A stretch of DNA of 64,000 bases from the human T2T-CHM13v2.0 reference genome, Homo sapiens. The notes beneath the pieces were generated by a model, which was not told the DNA's origin, did no database searches, and saw only the letters and a list, made by a program, of their open reading frames with translations. The position numbers and the translations under genes were made by a program. The stretch lies in the NCBI RefSeq assembly GCF_009914755.1, contig NC_060941.1, one strand, 5' to 3'. Of this stretch, positions 15,519 to 32,200 are shown in pieces; the stretch's first letter is position 1, and the number at the start of each line of letters is the position of its first letter.

Positions 15519-18500
15519 AGAGCAGTTTTGAAACACTGTTTTCGAAGTATCTGCAAGTGGATATTTGGAGCGTTTTGAGGCCTGTGGTGGAAAAGCATAT
15601 ATATTCACCTAGAAACTAGGGAGAAGCATTCTCAGAAACTTCTTTGTGATGTGGGCATTCAACTTACAGAGTTGAACCTTCCTTTTAATAGAGCAGTTTT
15701 GAAACACTCTTTTGGTAGAATCTGCAAGTGGATATTTGGAGTGCTTTGAGTCCTGTGGTAGAAAAGGAAATATCTTCATATAAAAACTAGACAGAAGCAT
15801 TCTTAGAAACTACTTTGTGATGTGTGCATTCATCTCACGGAGTTGAACATCCCTTTTGATAGAGCAGTTTTGAAACACTCTTTTTGTAGAAAATGCTGTG
15901 GATATTTGGACCGATTTGAGGCCTTCATTGGAAACGGGAATAGTTTCACATAAAAACGAGGCAGAAGCATTCTCAGAAACTTCTTTGTGATGTGTGCATT
16001 CAACTCACAGAATTGAACCTTCTTTTGATAGAGCAGTTTTGAAACACTCTTTTTGTAGAATCTCCAAGTGGACATTTGGAGGACTTTTAGGTCTTTGGCG
16101 GAAAGGGAAATATCTTCACATAGAAACTAGAAAAGCATTCCGAGAAACTTCTTTGTGATGTGTACATTCAACTCAGAGAGTTGAATATCCCTTTTGATAG
16201 AAGAGTTTTAAAACACTCTTTTTGTAGAATCTGCAAGTGGATATTTGGAGTGCTTTGAGGCCTTCATGAGAAACGGGAATAGATTTTCACATAAAAAGTA
16301 AACAAACATTCTCAGAAACTTCTTTGTGATGTCTGCATTCAACCCACAGATTTGAACTTTCCTTTTGACAGAGCAGTTTTGAAACCCTCTTTTTGTACAA
16401 ACTGCAATTGGATATTTGGACCGATTTGAGACCTTCGTTGGAAATGGGAATAGCTTCACATAAAAAGTAGACAGACGCAATCTCAGAAACTTCTTAGTGA
16501 TCTGTGCATTCATCTCACAGAGTTGAACGTTTCTTTTGATAGAGCAGTTTTGAAATACTCTTTTTGTAGAATTTGCAAGTGGATATTTGGAGCGCTTTGA
16601 GGCCTGTGGTGGAAGAGGAAATATCTTCACATAGAAATTAGGGAGAAGCATTCTCAGAAACTTCTTTGTGATGTGTGCATTCAACTCACCGAATTGAACC
16701 TTCCTTTTGATGGAGCAGTTTGGAAACACGCTTTATGAAGAATCTGGTAGTGGATATTTTGATGGCTTTGAGGCCTTCGGTAGAAATGGGAATATCTTCA
16801 TATAAAAACTAGACAGAAACATTCTCAAAAACATGTTTTTGATGTGTGCATTCAACTCACAGAATTGAACTTTCCTTCTGAAAGAGCAGTTTTGAAACAA
16901 TCTTTTTGTAGAATCTGCAAGTGGATATTTGGACAGCTTTGAGGCCTGTGGTGGAAACGGGAATAGCTTGACATAAAGAGTAGCCAGAAGCATTCTCAGA
17001 AACTTATTTGTGATGTGTGCATTCAACTCACAGTGTTGAACCTTCCTTTTGATAGAGTAGCTTTGAAACAGTCTTTTTGAATGATCTGCAAGTGGATATT
17101 TGGAGTGTTTTGAGGCCTGTGTTAGTAAAGAAAATATCTTCATATAAAAACTATAAAAACTAGACAGAAGCATTCTCAGAAACTACTTTGGATGTTTGCA
17201 TTGAACTCACAGAGTTGAACATTCCTTTTGACAGAGAAGTTTTGAAACACTCTTTTTGTAGAATATGGAATTGGATATTTGGAGCGCTTTCAGTCCTGTG
17301 GTGGCAACGGGAATAGCATCACATAAAAACAAGACAGAAACATTCTCAGAAACTTATTTGTGATGTGTGCCTTCATCTGACAGAGTTGAAACTTGCTTTT
17401 GATCAAGCAGTTTTGAAACACTCTTTCTGTAGCATTTGCACATGGACATGTGGAGCGCTTTGAGGCCTCTGGTGGAAAAGGAAATATCTTCATATAGAAA
17501 CTAGACAGAAGCATTCTCAGAAACTTCTTTGTGATATGTGCATTCAACTCACAGAGTTGAACCTTCCTTTTGATAAAGCTGTTTTGAAACATCTTGTTGC
17601 AGAATTTGCAAGTGGATATTTGGACCGCTTTGAGGCCTACAGTAGAAAAGGAAATATCTTCACATAAAAACCTGACAGAAGCATTCTCAGAAACTACTTT
17701 GTGATGTGTGCTTTCAACTCACCGAGTTGAACATTCCTTTTGATAGAGAAGTTTTCTAACACTCTTTTTGTAGAATCAGCAGGTGAATATTTGGACCGCT
17801 TTGAGGACATCAATGGAAAAGGGAATAGCCTCACATAAAAGGTAGACAGAAGCATTCTCAGAAACAACTTTCTGATGTGTGCATTCACCTCACAGAGTTG
17901 AACCTTCCTTTTGAAAAAGCAGTTTTGAAACACTCTTTTTGAAGGATCTGCAAGTGGATATTTGGAGTGCTTTGAGGCATAAAAGAAAATATCTTCATAT
18001 AAAAACTAGACAGAAGCATTCTGAGAATCTACTTTGGATGTTTGCATTCAACTCACAGAGTTGAACATTCTTTCTGATAGAGCAGTTTTGAAACACTCTT
18101 TTTGTAGAATCTGCAAGTGGATATTTGGAACGCTTTTAGGCCTATGGTGGAAACGGGAATAGCTTGACGTAAAGAGCAGGCAGCAGCATTCTCAGAAACT
18201 ACTTTGTGATGTGTGCATTCAACTAACAGAATTGAAACTTCCGTTTGATAGAGTACTTTTGAATCACTGTTTTTGTAGAATTTGCAAATGGACATTTGGA
18301 GCTCTTTGAGGACTGTGGTGGAAAAGGATATAGCTTCAGATAGAAACTAGAGAGAAGCATTCTGAGAAACTTCTTTATGATGTATGCATTCAACTCACAG
18401 AAGTGAACCTTCGATTTGAAAGTGCCGTTTTGAAACACTCTTTTGGTAGTATCTGCAAGTGTATATTTGGACCGTATTGAAGCCTACAGTAGAAAAGGAA

Positions 18501-21500
18501 ATAGCTTCATATAAAAACTAGACAGAAGCATTCTGAGAATCTACTTTGCGATGTTTTCATTCAACTCACAGAGTTGAACCTTCCTTTTGATAGAGCAGTT
18601 TTGAAACACTGATTTGAAGAACCTGCAAGTGGATATTTGTACTGCTTTGAGGCCTTCATTGGAAATGGGAATAGCTTCACATAAAAAGTAGACAGAAGCA
18701 TTCTCAGAAACTTCTCTGTGATGTGTGTATTCAACTCACAGAGTTGAATATTCCTTTTGACAGAGCTGTTTTGAAACACTCTTTTTGTAGAATCTCAAGT
18801 GGACATTTGGAGCACTTTGAGGCCTGCGGTGGAAAAGGAAATATCTTCACATAGAAATTAGAGAGAAGCATTCTCATAAACTTCTTTGTAATGTGTGCAT
18901 TAAACTTACAGAGTTAAACCTTCCTTTTGATAGAGCAGTTTTGAAACACTCTTTTTGTAGAATCGACAAGTGGACATTTGGAGCTCTTTGAGTCCTGTGG
19001 TGGAAAAGGAAATATCTTCACCTAGAAACTAGACAGAAGAATTCTCAGAAACTTCTTTGTGATGTGTGCACTCAACTCACAGAGTTGTACCTTTCTTCTG
19101 ATAGAGGAGTTTTGAAACACTTTTTTTGTAAAATTTGTAAGTGGACATTTGGAGCTCTTTGAGGCCTGTGGTGGAAAAGGAAATATCTTCACATAGAAAC
19201 TAGAGAGAAGCATTGTCAGAAAGTACTTTGTGATGTGTGCATTAAACTTATAGAGTTGAAACTTCCTTTTGATAGAGCAGTTTTGAAACAGTCTTTTTGT
19301 GGAAACTGCGTGTGGATATTTGGACCGATTTGAGGCCTTCTTTGGAAAAGGGATTAGATTCACAGAAAAAGTAGACAGAAGCATTCTCAGGAACTTCTTT
19401 GTGATGTGTGCATTCAACTCACAGAGAGAACATTCTTTTGACAGAACAGTTTTGAAACACTCTTTTTGTAGAATCTGCAAGTGGACATTAGGCGCGCTTT
19501 AAGGCCTGTGGTGGAAAAGGAAATATCTTCACATACAAACTAGATATAAGCATTCTCAGAAACTTCTCTGTGATGTTTGCATTCAACTCACAGAGTTGAA
19601 GCTTCCTTTGATGATAGAGCAGTTTTCAATCACTTTTTTGTGGAATTTGCAAGTGGACATTTGGAGCTCTTTGAGGACTGTGGTGGAAAAGGATATATCT
19701 TCACATGGAAACTAGAGAGAAGCATTCTCAGAAACTTCTTTGTGATGTGTGCATTCAACTCACAGAATTGAACCTCCTTTTTGAAAGTGCCGTTTTGAAA
19801 CACTCTTTTTGTGTAATCTGAAAGTAGATATTTGGGCCGTTTTGAAGCCTCCAGTAGAAAAGGAAATATCTTCATATAAAAACTAGACAGAAGCATTGTC
19901 AGAAGCTACTTTGTGATGTGTGCATTCAACTCACAGAGTTGAACCTTCCTTTTGATAGAGCAGTTTTGAAACACTCTTTTTCAAGAATCTGCAAGTGGAT
20001 ATTTGGAGTGCTTTGAGGCCTTTATTGGAAACGGGAATAGCTTCACATAACAAGTAGACAGAAGAATTTTCAGAAACTTCTTTGTGATGTGTGCATTCAA
20101 CTATCAGAGTTGAACCATCCTTTTGTTAGAGCAGTTTTGAAACAGTCTTTTTGAAGAATCTGCAAGTGGATATTTGGAGTGCTCTGAGGACTTCGTTGGA
20201 AACGGAAATAGCTTCATATAAAAAGTAGACAGAACCATTCTCAGAAACTTCTTTGTGATGTGTACATTCGACTAACAGAGTTGAACCTTCCTTTTGATAG
20301 AGCAGTTTTGAAACACTCTTTTTGAAGAATCTGCAACTGGATATTTGGCCTGTTTTGAGGCCTTCGTTGGAAACGGGATTAGCATCACATTAAAAGGAGA
20401 CAGAAGCATTCTCAGAAACTTCTTTGTGATGTGTATATTCAACTAACAGAGTTGAACCTTCCTTTTGATAGAGCAGTTTTGAAACACTCTTTTTGAAGAA
20501 TCTGCAAGTGGATATTTGGAGTGCTTTGAGGCCTAGGGTAGAATAGGAATATCTTCATATAAAAACTAGATAGAAACTTTCTCAGAGACTTCTTTGTGAT
20601 GTGTACATTCAACTCACAGAGTTGAACATCCCTTTTGATAGAGCCCTTTTGAAACACTCTTTTTGTAGCATCTGCAAGTGAATATTTGGAGCACTTTGAG
20701 GGCTTCTTAGGAAATGGGAAGAGCTTCACATAAAAAGAAGACAGAAGCATTCTCAGAAACTTCTTTGTCATGTGTCCATTCAACTCACATAATTGAACAT
20801 TCCTTTTGACAGAGCAGTTTTGGAACACACTTTTTTGTAGAATCTGGAAGTGGATATTTTGAGTGCTTTGAGGCCTGCGGAAAAGGAAATATCTTCACAT
20901 AGAAACTAGACAGAAGCGTTCTCAGAAACTACTTTGCAATGTGTGCCTTCAACTAAGAGAGTTGAACCTTCCTTTTGATAGAGCTGTTTTGAAACACGCT
21001 TTTTTTTTGAATCTGCAAATGGATATTTTGACGGCTTTGAGGCCTTCAGTGTAAATGGGAATATCTTCACATAGAAACTAGACGAAAGCATTCTCAAAAA
21101 CTTCTTTATGATGTGTGAATTCATCTCACAGAACTGCACTTTCCTTTTGAAAGAGCAGTTTTGAAACACTCTTTTTGTAGAATCTGTAAGTCGATATTTG
21201 CACGGGTTTGAGGCCAACAGTAGAAAAGGAAATATCTTCATATAAAAATTAGACGGAAGCATTCTCAGACACTACTTTGTGATGTGTGCATTCAAATCAC
21301 AGAGTTGAACCTTGCTTTTGATAGAGAAGTTTTGAAACACTCTTTTGGTAGAATCTGCAAGTGGATATTTGGAGTGCTTTGAGGCCTGTGGTAGAAAAGG
21401 AAATGTCTTCGCATAGAAACTAGACAGAAGCATTCTCAGAAACTTCTTTGTGTTGTGTGCATTCAACTCACAGGGTTGAACCTTCCTTTTGATAGAACAG

Positions 21501-24162
21501 ATTTGAAACACGCTTTTTGAAGGATCTGCAAGTGGATATTTTGACGGCTTTGAGGCCTTCAGTGAAAACAGGAATATCTTCACATAAAAAGTAGACAGAA
21601 GCATTCTCAGAAACTTCTTTGTGATGTGTGCATTCAACTGACAGAATTGAACCTCTCTTTTGAAAGAGCAATTTTGAAGCAGTCTTTGTGTAGAATCTGA
21701 AAGTGGATATTTGTACCGATTTGAGGCCTATGGTAGAAAAGGAAATATTTTCATATAAAAAGTAGACAGAAGCATTCTCAGAAACTTCTCTTTGATGTGT
21801 GCATTCAACTCACAGAGTTGAGCATTCCTTTTGATAGAGCAGTTTTGAAACACTCTTTTTCTTGAATCTGCAAGTGGATATTTGGACCGCTTTGAGGCCT
21901 ACGGTGGAAACGGGAATAGCTTTTCATAAAGGGTAGACAGAAGCATTCTAAGAAACTGCATTGTGATGTGTGCATGCAACTCACAGAGTTGAACCTTCAT
22001 TTTGATAGAGCAATTTCAAAACAATCTTTTTGAAGGATCTGAAAGTGGATATTTGGGGCGCTTTGAGGCCTGTGGTGGAAAATGAAATATCTTCACATAG
22101 AAACTAGATAGAAGCATTCTCAGAAAGTACCTTGTGATGTGTGCTTTCAACTTACAGATTTGAACCTTCCTTTTGATAGAGCCCTTTTGAAACACTCTTT
22201 TGTTACAGTCTGCAAGTGGATATTTAGAGTGCACTGAGTCCTGTGGTAGAAAAGGAAATATCTTCATATAAACACCAGACTGAGGCATTCTTAGAAACGA
22301 CTTTCTGATGTGTGCATTCAACTCACAGAGTTGAACATTCCTTTTGATAGAGCAGTTTTGAAACCCTCTTCTTGTAGAAACTGCAAGTGGATATTTGGAC
22401 CGCTTTGAGGCCTTCGTTGGAAAAGGGAATAGCTTCACATAAAAATCAGACAGAAGCATTCTCAGAAAGTTCTTTGTGATTTGTGCATTCAACTCAAAAA
22501 TTTGAACCTTTCTTTTGATAGAGCAGTTTTGAAACACTCTTTTTTTAGAATCTGCAAGTGGACATTTGGAGCGCCTTCAGGCCTGTGGTGGAAAAGGAAA
22601 TATCTTCACATAGAAACTGGACAGAAGCATTCCCAGAAACTTCTTTGTGATGTGTACATTCATCTCACCGAGTTGAACAACCCTTTTGATAGAGCTCATT
22701 TGAAACACTATTTTTGTAGAATCTGTAAGTGGATATATGGACCGCTTTTAGGCCTATGGTGGAAACGTGAATAGCTTGACATAAAGATTAGACAGAAGCA
22801 TTATCAGAGACTACTTTGTGATGTGTGTATTCAACTCAGACAGTTGAACCTTCCCTTTGATAGAGCAGTTTTGAACCACTCTTTCCGTGGAATCTGCAAG
22901 TGGATATTTTTAACGCTTTGAGGCCTTTGTTGGAAACGGGATTAGCTTCACATAAAAAGTAGACAGAAGAATTCTCAGAAACTTCTTTGTGATGTGTGCA
23001 TTCAACTCACAGAATTGAACCTTTCTTTTGGTAGAGCAGTTTTGAAACACTCTTTTTGTAGAATTTGCAAGTGGATATTTGGAGCTCTTTTAGGCTTGTG
23101 GTGGAAAAGGAAATATGTTCATATAGAAACTAGACAGAAGCATTCTCAGAAAATTCTTTGTGATGTGTGCATTAAAGTTACAGAGTTGGACCTTCCTTTT
23201 GACAGAGCAGTTTTGAAACACTCTTTTTGTAGAAACTTCATCTGGATATTTGGACCGATTTGAGGCCTTCGTTGGAAAAGGGAATAGCTTCACATAAAAA
23301 GGAGACAGAAGCATTCTCAGAAATTTCTTTGTGATGTGTGCATTCAACACACAGAGTGGAACTTTCTTTTGATAGAGCAGCTTTGAAACACTCTTTTTGT
23401 AGTATCTGCAAGTGGACATTTGGAGCGCTTTCAGGCCTGTGGTGGAAAAGGAAATATCTTCACATAGAAACTAGACAGAAGCATTCTCAGAAACTTCTTT
23501 GTGATGTGTACATTCAACTCACAGAGTTGAACATCCCTTTTGGTAGAGCAGTTTTGAAACACGCTTTTTCAAGAATCTGCAAGTGGATATTTTGATGGCT
23601 TTGATGACTTCAGTGTATATGGGAATATCTTCACATTAAAACTAGACAGAAGCATTCTCAAAAACAGCTTTGTGATGTGTGCATTCAACTCACAGAATTG
23701 AACTTTCCTTTTGAAAGAGTAGTTTTGAAACACTCTTTTTGTAGAATCTGCAAGTGGATATTTTACCGCTTTGAGGCCTATGGCAGAAAAGGAAATATCA
23801 TCATATACAAACTAGAAAGAAGCATTCTCAGACTACTTTGAGATGTGTGCATTCAACTCACAGAGTTGAACATTACTTTTGATAGAGCAGTTTTGAAACA
23901 ATCTTTTTGTAGAGACTGCAAGTGGATATTTAGACCGATTTGAGGCCTTCGTTTGAAAAGGGAATAGCTTCAAATAAAATGAGACTGAAGCATTCTCAGA
24001 AACTTCTTTGTGATGTGTGCATTCAACTCACAGAGTTGAACATTCCTTTTGGTAGAGCAGTTTCAAAACACTCTTTCTGAAGGATCTGCAAGTGGATATT
24101 TGGAGTGCTTTGAGGCCTGTGGTGGAAAAGGAAATATCTTCACATAGAAACTAGACAGAAGC
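15519..24162 (+). repeat. Alpha satellite, layer B
   Basis: Tandem 171-bp monomers; canonical CENP-B box at 20362-20378. Confidence 0.95.
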
Positions 24163-24427
24163 TTTCCATTTGCTTGGTAGATCTTCCTCCATCCTTTTAT
24201 TTTGAGCCTGTGTGTGTCTCTGCACGTGGGATGGGTTTCCTGAATACAGCACACTGATGGGTCTTGATTTTTATCCAATTTGCCTGTCTGTGTCTTTTAA
24301 TTGGAGCATTTAGTCCATTTAAATTTAAAGTTAATATTGTTATGTGTGAATTTGATCCTATCATTATGATGTTAGCTGGTTATTTTGGTCGTTAATTGAT
24401 GCAGTTTCTTCCTAGTCTCGATGGTCT

Positions 24428-25421
24428 TTACATTTTGGCATGATTTTGCAGTGGCTGGTACCGGTTGTTCCTTTCCGTATTTAGCACTTCCTTCAGGAGC
24501 TCTTTTAGGGCAGGCCTGGTGATGACAAAATCTCTCAGCATTTGTTTTTCTGTAAAGTATTTTATTTCTCCTTCGCTTATGAAGCTTAGTTTGGCTGGAT
24601 ATGATATTCTGGGTTGAAAATTCTTTTCTTTAAGAATGTTGAATATTGGCCCCCACTCTCTTCTGGCTTGTAGGGTTTCTGCCGAGAGATCCACTGTTAG
24701 TCTGATGGGCTTCCCTTTGAGGGTAACCCGACCTTTCTCTCTGGCTGCCCTTAACATTTTTTCCTTAATTTCAACTTTGGTGAATCTGACAATTATGTGT
24801 CTTGGAGTTGCTCTTCTCGAGGAGTGTCTTTGTGGCGTTCTCTGTATTTCCTGAATCTGAATGTTGGCCTGCCTTGCTAGATTGGGGAATTTCTCCTGGA
24901 TAATTTCCTTCAGAGTGTTTTCCAACCTGGTTCCATTCTCCCCATCACTTTCAGGTACACCAGTCAGACGTAGATTTGGTCTTTTCACATAGTCCCATAT
25001 TTCTTGGAGGCTTTGCTCATTTCTTTTTACTCTTTATTCTCTAAACTTCCCTTCTCGCTTCATTTCATTCATTTCATCTTCCATTGCTGATACCCTTTCT
25101 TCCAGTTGATAGCATTGGCTCCTGAAGCTTCTGCATTCTTCATGTAGTTCTCAAGCCTTGGTTTTCAGCTCCATCAGCTCCTTTAAGCACTTCTCTGTAT
25201 TGGTTATTCTAGTTACACATTCTTCTAAATTTTTTTCAAAGTTTTCAACTTCTTTGCCTTTGGTTTGAATGTCCTCCCGTAGCTCAGAGTAATTTGATCC
25301 TCTGAAGACTTCTTCTCTCAGCTCGTCAAAATCATTCTCCATCCAGCTTTGTTCATTGCTGGTGAGGAACTGCGTTCCTTTGGAGGAGGAGAGGCACTCT
25401 GCTTTTTAGAGTTTCCAGTTT
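24428..25421 (-). pseudogene. L1 ORF1p remnant (disrupted, lacks the first few codons)
   Basis: Translations MENDFDELREE...MELKTKA* and ...KRPNLRLTGVPESDGENGT...YQPLQNHAKM match L1 ORF1p; internal TGA. Confidence 0.93.
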
Positions 25422-29017
<3,596 letters not shown>

Positions 29018-29234
29018 ACAATGAGATCACATGGACACAGGAAGGGGAATATCACACTCTGGGGACTGTTGTGGGGTGGGGGGAGGGGGGAGGGATAGCA
29101 TTGAGAGATATACCTAATGCTAAATGACGACTTTGTGGGTGCAGGGCACCAGCATGGCACATGTATACATATGTAACTAACATGCACAATGTGCACATGT
29201 ACCCTAAAACTTAAAGTATAATAATAAAAAAAGA

Positions 29235-32200
29235 AGAAACTAGACAGAAGCATTCTTAGAAACTAGTTTGTGATGTGTTCATAAAACTCACCGAGTTGAA
29301 CATTAGTTTTGATAGAGCAGTTTTGAAACACTCTTTTTGTAGGAAATGCAAGTGGATATTTGGACCGATTTGAGGCCTTCATTGGAAACGGGAGTTGTAT
29401 CACATGAAAACGAGGCAGAAGCATTCTCTGAAACTTCTTTGTGATGTGTGCATTCAACTCACAGAGTCGAACATCCCTTTTGATAGAGCAGTTTTGAAAC
29501 ACGCTTTTTGAAGGATCTGCAAATGGATATTTTGATGGCTTTGAGGCCTTCAGTGGATATGGGAATATCTTCATATAAAAACTAGACAGAAGCATTCTCA
29601 AAAACAACTTTGTGATGTGTGCATTCAACTCACAGAATTGAACTTTCCTTTTGAAAGAGCAGTTTTGAAACACTCTTTTTGTAGAATCTGCAAGTGGATA
29701 TTTCACCACTTTGAGGCCTACCGCAGAAAAGGAAATATCGTAATATAGAAACTAGACAGAAGCATTCTCAGAAACTACTTTGAGATGTGTGCATTCAACT
29801 CACAGACTTGAACATTACTTTTATAGAGCAGTTTTGAAACAATCTTTTTGTAGAAACTGCAAGTGGATATTTAGACTGATTTGATGCCATCGTTGGAAAC
29901 GGGAAAAGCTTCAAATAAAATGAGACTGAAGCATTCTCAGAAACTTCTTTGTGATGTGTGCATTCAACTCGCAGAGTTGAACCTTCTTTTTGATAGAGCA
30001 GTTTTGAAACCCTCTTGTTGCAGTATTTTCAAGTGTATATTTGGACTGCTTTGATGCCTACAGTTGAAAATGAAATATCTTCACATAAAAACCAGACAGA
30101 AGCATTCTCAGAAACTACTTTGAGATGTGTGCATTCAACTCACAGAGTTGAACATCCCTTTTGACAGAGCAGTTTTGAAATACTCTTTTTGTAGAATTTG
30201 CAAGTGGACATTTGGAGATCTTCAAGGCCTGTGGTGGAAAAGGAAATATCTTCACATAGAAACTAGACAGAAGCATTCTCAGAAACTTCTTTAGGATGTG
30301 TGCATTCAACTCATATAGTTGAACCTTTCTTCTGATAGAGCAGTTTTGAAAAACTCTTTTGTAGAATTTTTAAGTGGACATTTGGAACTCTCTGAAGCCT
30401 GTGGTGGAAAAGGAGATATCTTCACATAGAAATTAGAGAGAAGCATTCTCAGAAACTAATTTGTGATGTGTGCATTAAACTGACAGAGTTGAACCTTCCT
30501 TTTGAAAGAGCAGTTTGGAAACACTCTTTTTGTAGAATCTGCAAGTCGATATTTGAACCGCTTTGAGACCTATGGTAGAAAAGGAAATATAAAAACTAGA
30601 CAGAAGCATTCCCAGAAACTACTTTGTGATGTGCGCATTCAACTCTCAGAGTTGAACATTCCTTTTCATAGAGCAGTTTTGACACACTCTTTTTGGAGAA
30701 TCTGCAAGTGGATATTTCAATGGCTTTGAGGCCTTCGTTGGTAATGGGAATAGCTTCCCATAAAAAGTAGACGGAAACATTCTCAGAAACTTTTCAGTGA
30801 TGTGTGCATTCAACTCATAGAGTTGAACATTCCTTTTGAAAGAGCAGTTTTGAAACACTCTTTTTGCAGAGTTTGCAAGTGGATATTTGGAGCTCTTTGA
30901 GGCCTGTGGTGGAAAAGGAAATATCATCACATACAAACTAGACAGAAGCATTCTCAGAGACTTTTGTGATGAGTACATTCAACTCAAAGAGTTGAACCAT
31001 TCTATTGATAGAGCAATTTTGATACACTAATTTGTAGAATTTGAAAGTGGACATTTGGAGCTCTTTGTGGCCTGTGGTGGATAAGGAAATATCTTCACAA
31101 AGAAACTAGAGAGAAGGATTCTCAGAAACTTCTTTGTGATGTGTGCATTAAACTTACAGAGTTGAACCTTCCTTTGGATAGAGCAGCTTTGAAATACTCT
31201 TTTTGTAGAAACTGCATGTGGATATTTGCACTGAGTTGAGGCCTTCATTGGAAACCGGAATAGCTTCACATAAAAAGAAGACAGAAGCATTCTCAGAAAC
31301 TTCTTTGTGATGTGCGCATTCAACTCACAGAGTGGAACCTTTCTTTTGATAGAGCAGTTTTGAAACACTCGTTTTGTAGAATCTGCAAGTGGACATTTGG
31401 AGCGCTTTCAGGCCTGTGGTGGAAAAGGAAATATCTTCACATAGAAAATAGGGAGAAGAATACTCAGAAACATCTTTGTGATGTGTGCATTAAAATCACA
31501 GAGTTGAACATCCCTTTTGATAGAGCAGTTTTGACACACTCTTTTTGTACAATTTGCAAGTGGATATTTGGAGCTCTTTGAGGATTGTGGTGGAAAAGGA
31601 AATATCTTCACATAGAAACTAGAGGGAAGCATTCTCAGAAACTACTTTGTGAAGCGTGCATTCAACTCACAGAATTGAACGTTTGTTTTGAAAATGCAGT
31701 TTTGAAACACTCTTTTTGTAGAATCTGCAAGTGGATATTTGTACGGCTTAGAGGCCTTCGTTGGAAACGGGATATCTTCATATAAAAACTACAGAGAAGA
31801 ATTCTCAGAAACTAATTTGTGATGTGTGAATTCAATTCACAGAGTTGAACTTTCCTTATCATAGAGCGGTTTTGAAACACTCTTTGTAGGATCTGCAAGT
31901 GGATATTTTTATTGCTTTGAGGCCTTCGTTGGAAACGGGAATAGCTGCACATAAAAAGTAGACAGAAGCATTCTCAGAAACTTCTTTGTGAAGTGTGCAT
32001 TCAACTAACAGAGTTGAACATTCTTTTTGATAGAGCAGTTTTAAAACACTCTTTTTGTAGAATCTGCAAGTGGAGATTTGGACAGCTTTGAGGGCTATGG
32101 TAGAAAAGGAAATATCTTCATATAAAAACTAGACAGAAGCATTCTCAGAAACTACTTTGTGATGTGTGCATTCAACTCACAGAGTTGAACATTCCTTTTG

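Noticed and set aside
29062-29100. G-rich, G-quadruplex-like tract (also ~43915-43950, ~50280-50315)
   Set aside because: Normal polypurine tract of the L1 3'UTR.
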